Assembly: GCF_025526975.1 (NCBI RefSeq)
Contig: NW_026515679.1
Location: 310,001 to 374,000, forward strand
Reading direction: 5' to 3'
DNA length: 64,000 bases
Source of the DNA: Fimicolochytrium jonesii
Lineage: Eukaryota
Below are positions 59,770-64,000 of this stretch, one piece after another; within the stretch, counting starts at the first letter, position 1; each line of letters opens with the position of its first letter. A program made the translations under genes and the position numbers. The notes beneath the pieces are model-generated. The model saw only the letters and a list, made by a program, of their open reading frames with translations. It searched no databases and was not told the DNA's origin.

Positions 59770-62700
59770 ATGCCGTACGACTCGAGAAGTACCGACCTGG
59801 CGGTCACATGGACTACCTTAGAGGCTGGAATAGATTCGATCATGAACAATCTCAGCGATGGACTCTCATACAAGAAGTGGATGGATTTGTACACGTAAGT
59901 TGGCTCAATTGAGAATGCATCGCGCACAGCGGCTAGGCACGCCTGGGACTTTTTACGCTCGGGGAGAACCGATAAGCACTACACTGTCTGTCGAGTGGGA
60001 GGGATCGCGGTCGACTACAGGGTGCCCGGACGAGAATGGGTGGGGAAGCCGAAGTAGACGGCAAGGCATCTAGGGCACAGCTTAGGTCGCGTGGAACACG
60101 TCAGACTGAGTTTTCGGTACCTTTCACTTTTACATATAGCATGATCTACGATCACTGTACAAGTAGTCGGATGAGCAGTACGTCCGGAGCTGAGGCCCCG
60201 TTACATGGTTCTACAGCAAATCGAGGTACACGTTGTTATCCTACTCTCTTGAGGAGCCTATCGTCAGAATCGCGGATCCGAGTAATGACATGCACTCTCC
60301 ACTGTAGGCGCTAATCTCATGGGAGCAGAGCTTTACAATCACTTGAAGACCTATCTTCAAAACCACCTCGATCAGTTACGGAAAAACACCGAGCAACAAA
60401 TGGACGAGGACCTGCTTGCCTGCTATACCCGAGAATGGAAAAGATATACCACCGCGACCACCTACGTACATCACATCTTCGCATATCTGAACAGGCATTG
60501 GGTGAAGAGGGAGCTCGATGAGGGACGGAAGACCGTGTACGATGTCTACACGGTAAGCTCGCGAACATGTGCTACAGTCCATGCCCTCCAATGTATGCTC
60601 ACACATTTTGTTTCATCAGTTGACCCTGGTGAACTGGCGGGATTCATTCTTCGGTGTTGGGACCTCGACCTTGCAAATGAAAGTCATGGATGGCGTTCTG
60701 AAGTTGATTGAGAAACAAAGAAACGGAGAGACCATAGACACCAACCTTATCAATGGGGTGGTCGAAAGCTTTGGTACGTTTCTACGCCTATAGTATATCT
60801 TACCGTATACAGGTCCGAGAGTTGTACTGACTCTCTCCTTCAGTCTCACTCGGTTGGGATGAGAACGACCCAACAAAATCCACGCTGGAAATCTACAAGC
60901 AGTTCTTCGAAATCCCGTTCATTGCTAAGACTGAGAGTTACTACAAGATGGAGAGTGAACGCTTCATCAGTGAGAACTCTATCGTTGATTACATGAAAAA
61001 GGTAATGGTTCCCTGCGTTCAGCACAATCAGCGGTCTCCACTGACCCTCGTCGCTTGATCACAGGCTGAAGCCCGACTGGCGGAGGAAGAAAACCGGGTG
61101 CAAATGTACTTGCATTCATCATCTCAAAAGCCGTTGATCACATGTTGTGAAAGCGTGTTGATCGAAAGCCACACTGGGCCGATACAAGAGGAGTTCCAGA
61201 ATCTGTTGGAACAGGACAAGATTGAAGATCTTAGCCGAATGTACGGCCTTTTATCACGCGTACCAGAGAGTCTGGAAAAATTACGGCACACATTCGAAGT
61301 CCATGTGCGGAAGCAGGGTCTGAGTGCAGTTGAGAAGGTTGCAGAGTCAGCGTCTGCGCCACCAGAAGGGGAAGACGATGAAGAAGAGGACAAAGACTCA
61401 AAAGCAAAGGCAGCGCAAGGGCCTAAGAAGCCAGGAGATGTGGATTCAAAGGTCTATGTCGATGCCCTGCTTGACGTGCACAGGAAATACTCCTCCCTGG
61501 TGGAGACTGCTTTCAAGGGAGAAACCGGATTTGGTGCATCGCTCGACAGGGCATGCCGAGAATTTGTCAATCGCAATGTTGTTTGCGAGAAGAGCTCAAG
61601 CAAAAGCCCGGAGCTTCTTGCGAAGCATTGCGACTCTTTGCTGAAAAAAGGCAGTAAGATCACGGATGAGCTGGAGATTGAGGAGGTGCTCAACAGCGTG
61701 GTAAGTCTGGGATTTTAGTGTTTCGCATATCAGTGCATGGTTCTTACAATCGCAAATCTGTTTATAGATGACGTTGTTCAAATATGTCGAGGACAAGGAT
61801 GTGTTTCAAAAGTTCTATCAGAAACAACTTGCTCGTCGTCTGGTCAACCAGCTTTCAGCCAATGGAGATACGGAAGAGTCCATGATCAACAAGCTGAAAG
61901 ACGCCTGCGGTTTCGAATTCACAAGCAAACTGCAGCGGATGTTCCAAGATGTGGCGCTGAGTAAGGACTTGAACGACCAGTTCAAGTATGTACTAGTTAA
62001 TGAATACTCCGCGTTCCATTTTCGCTTGAACGTAGCCTGATTCATCTAATTGCAGGGAACAAATGGCGCGGAGTCACGAGAAAGGCGATTTGCCTGATTT
62101 CCAGATCCTGGTTGGAGGAACCGGGCAATGGCCTCTGAACGCGACCACAACCAAATTCAACATCCCCGATGATGTGAGATACTCCACTTCTCTGGTCTAA
62201 CGAAAATGAAGGAGTAGCAGCTAACAAACTCCTCTTCGTGCCTTTCATTTTAGCTTTTGAAAACCTACGAACGCTTCCAGAAGTTCTACCAACATAAGTT
62301 CTCTGGGAGAAAACTCAACTGGCTCTTCCACCTTGGGCGAGCTGAACTGAAAGCGAACTTCGTCAAGCAAAATAATAAAACCCCATATACCTTCTTAGTA
62401 GGTTTCCATCTGCCCTAAGTTCTCGCGAGCATACGACGTATAGACTCACGACGTCCCCTGTAGACATCCACATTCCAAATGGGCGTCCTTTTGCAATTCA
62501 ACACCTCGACATCGTACACCTTCTCGGAGCTCGAGACAAACACAAGTCTGGATGAGCAAACCCTGAAGTCCGCTCTATACGGCCTGATCAAGAGCAAGCT
62601 GCTTAACGTGGAAGCCGGCAAGAAGAACTTCGACCCCAACACCCGCTATGAGCTGAACACATCGTTCAAAAACAAGAAAACACGTGTGAAGGTCGATATC

Positions 62701-63046
62701 CCCATGCGTGCCGAGCAGAAGGCCGAGTCCGATGAGACGCATAAGGGCATCGAGGATGACCGTAGTATGGTAATACAGGTACGAGACAGCACCTACGCTT
62801 CGATTTTCTCCACATTCTTCGCAATATACTTACAGGTTCATGTATCTGCAGGCCGCGATTGTCCGAATCATGAAAACCCGGAAAGTGATGCAAAACCAGC
62901 TCCTCATCACCGAGACCATCGACCAGCTCAAAGCCCGTTTCCGACCCACCGTGCCAGCAATCAAGAAATGTATCGACATGCTACTGGAAAAGGAGTACAT
63001 CGAGCGGATGGAGGAGCAACGGGACGTATTCCAGTACATGGCATGA
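59770..63046 (+). CDS. CUL1: Cullin-1 (Cdc53), multi-exon
   Basis: [56 protein letters not shown], neddylation motif [27 protein letters not shown]. Confidence 0.95.
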
Positions 63047-63397
63047 GACGTAGTTATGCTCCCGCGTTTTCCCGAAGATCCCCCCTGTATCTGTTTCTTT
63101 TGTAGTTGCAATCTATCCTTTCCTCTCTTACCACCTAGTTTTTTTTTGCATAGACGGCTAATCAGTCAGATTGACCTCCTTCTCGATGCACAATCCCCTC
63201 CCGCCAGGTTTCGTGACAGGACCGTGATGTATTGATGTAAATGCATGACCAAGAAGAATAGAGAAACATCAAAAAGGGCAAAACATGCCAACTGTAATCC
63301 GGCGCAGTTGCAAAGCGGAGAGCACCGAGAGTCCCCATAGATGCTCCTGACTTGGCCAAAGTTTCCCCGCCGTTCCAGCTCCTTCCTGTTCGGCTAT

Positions 63398-64000
63398 CTA
63401 ATCTTTCTTCACCTCATCGGCGATGAAGTCCGCAGCCGCCGACGTGGCGTTGGTCCTTAACTTGGCAAAGTTGCTATCAACGACGCGCTCGTTCGAGGCG
63501 AGGTACGGGCGAAGGAAGCTGGTGTAGACGAACTGGGCACCGCGGAATTGAGGGACTGCAAAAGAGAACGGATGTTGTACGCTTAGAGCTTCAGCCCGAT
63601 GGATGCAATGCACGCGGCGGAAGACTTACGCGCAAGGTAGCAGATGAGAGCTGCCTTGAAGGCGTAGTAGAATGGGAACCAGTAGAGAAGAGTGTCCGTC
63701 CAGAACTCGGCGACGCTGAAGAAGGCGTACACCACCCAGTACTACGCATCCGAGTACATGTTAGTCCATGCTATGCACAATGGAAAAGTAGCTAAGTGCG
63801 ACTTGTCCCATACCGTAAGCCATTGAGTGTCGTCAAGCTTGCTTGGGCTCTCCACCTAAGGAAATACCACCCATGATCAACAGAATGTCCCAAAGACCAC
63901 ATCACCGGCTCATGCCGCGTAGCGTCAACCCCGCCTACGCACCGCCTTGAAGCTCGCATAAGCCGGGTACAGGAACCCGAGCAAGTTGGTCAACAGCGCA
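63398..64000 (-). CDS. YOP1: YOP1/REEP (TB2/DP1/HVA22) ER-shaping protein, 5'-partial
   Basis: [71 protein letters not shown]. Confidence 0.88.

Noticed and set aside
13333..63046. F-box gene, DCAF13 and cullin-1 as a ubiquitin-ligase cluster
   Set aside because: They are tens of kb apart among unrelated genes; chance co-occurrence is sufficient.

Overview
Gene-dense, intron-containing eukaryotic DNA (GT-AG introns, mostly short). It is most consistent with a flagellated (chytrid-type) fungus: fungal-type housekeeping genes sit beside ciliary genes (TMEM138, LRRC74-like). Recognisable genes: S6K/Psk1-like AGC kinase, SOF1/DCAF13, DM9-repeat protein, F-box protein, NDUFB8, BLOC1S2-like, class-3 lipase, Ngl/Angel-like EEP nuclease, CBS-domain Sds23-like protein, secreted alkaline phosphatase, KAR-like SDR, Myb/SANT protein, aconitase, LRR protein, TMEM138, GCN20/ABCF3, cullin-1 and a partial YOP1/REEP. 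The notable accessory region is ~43.6-46.75 kb. It holds (i) a decaying Fanzor2/IS607-TnpB-like RNA-guided nuclease gene that keeps the RuvC D-E-D triad and zinc finger and is interrupted in frame by a 52-bp hairpin element with 17-bp TIRs and a 5-bp TSD, and (ii) a gene for a putative N-myristoylated ubiquitin-like + NEURL4-type ADP-ribosyltransferase fusion. Also seen: hairpin-rich introns sharing a 14-mer, and a TATA-preceded 3x ~41-bp hairpin repeat. All family calls are by motif recognition from memory, not database searches, and exon boundaries were read by eye.
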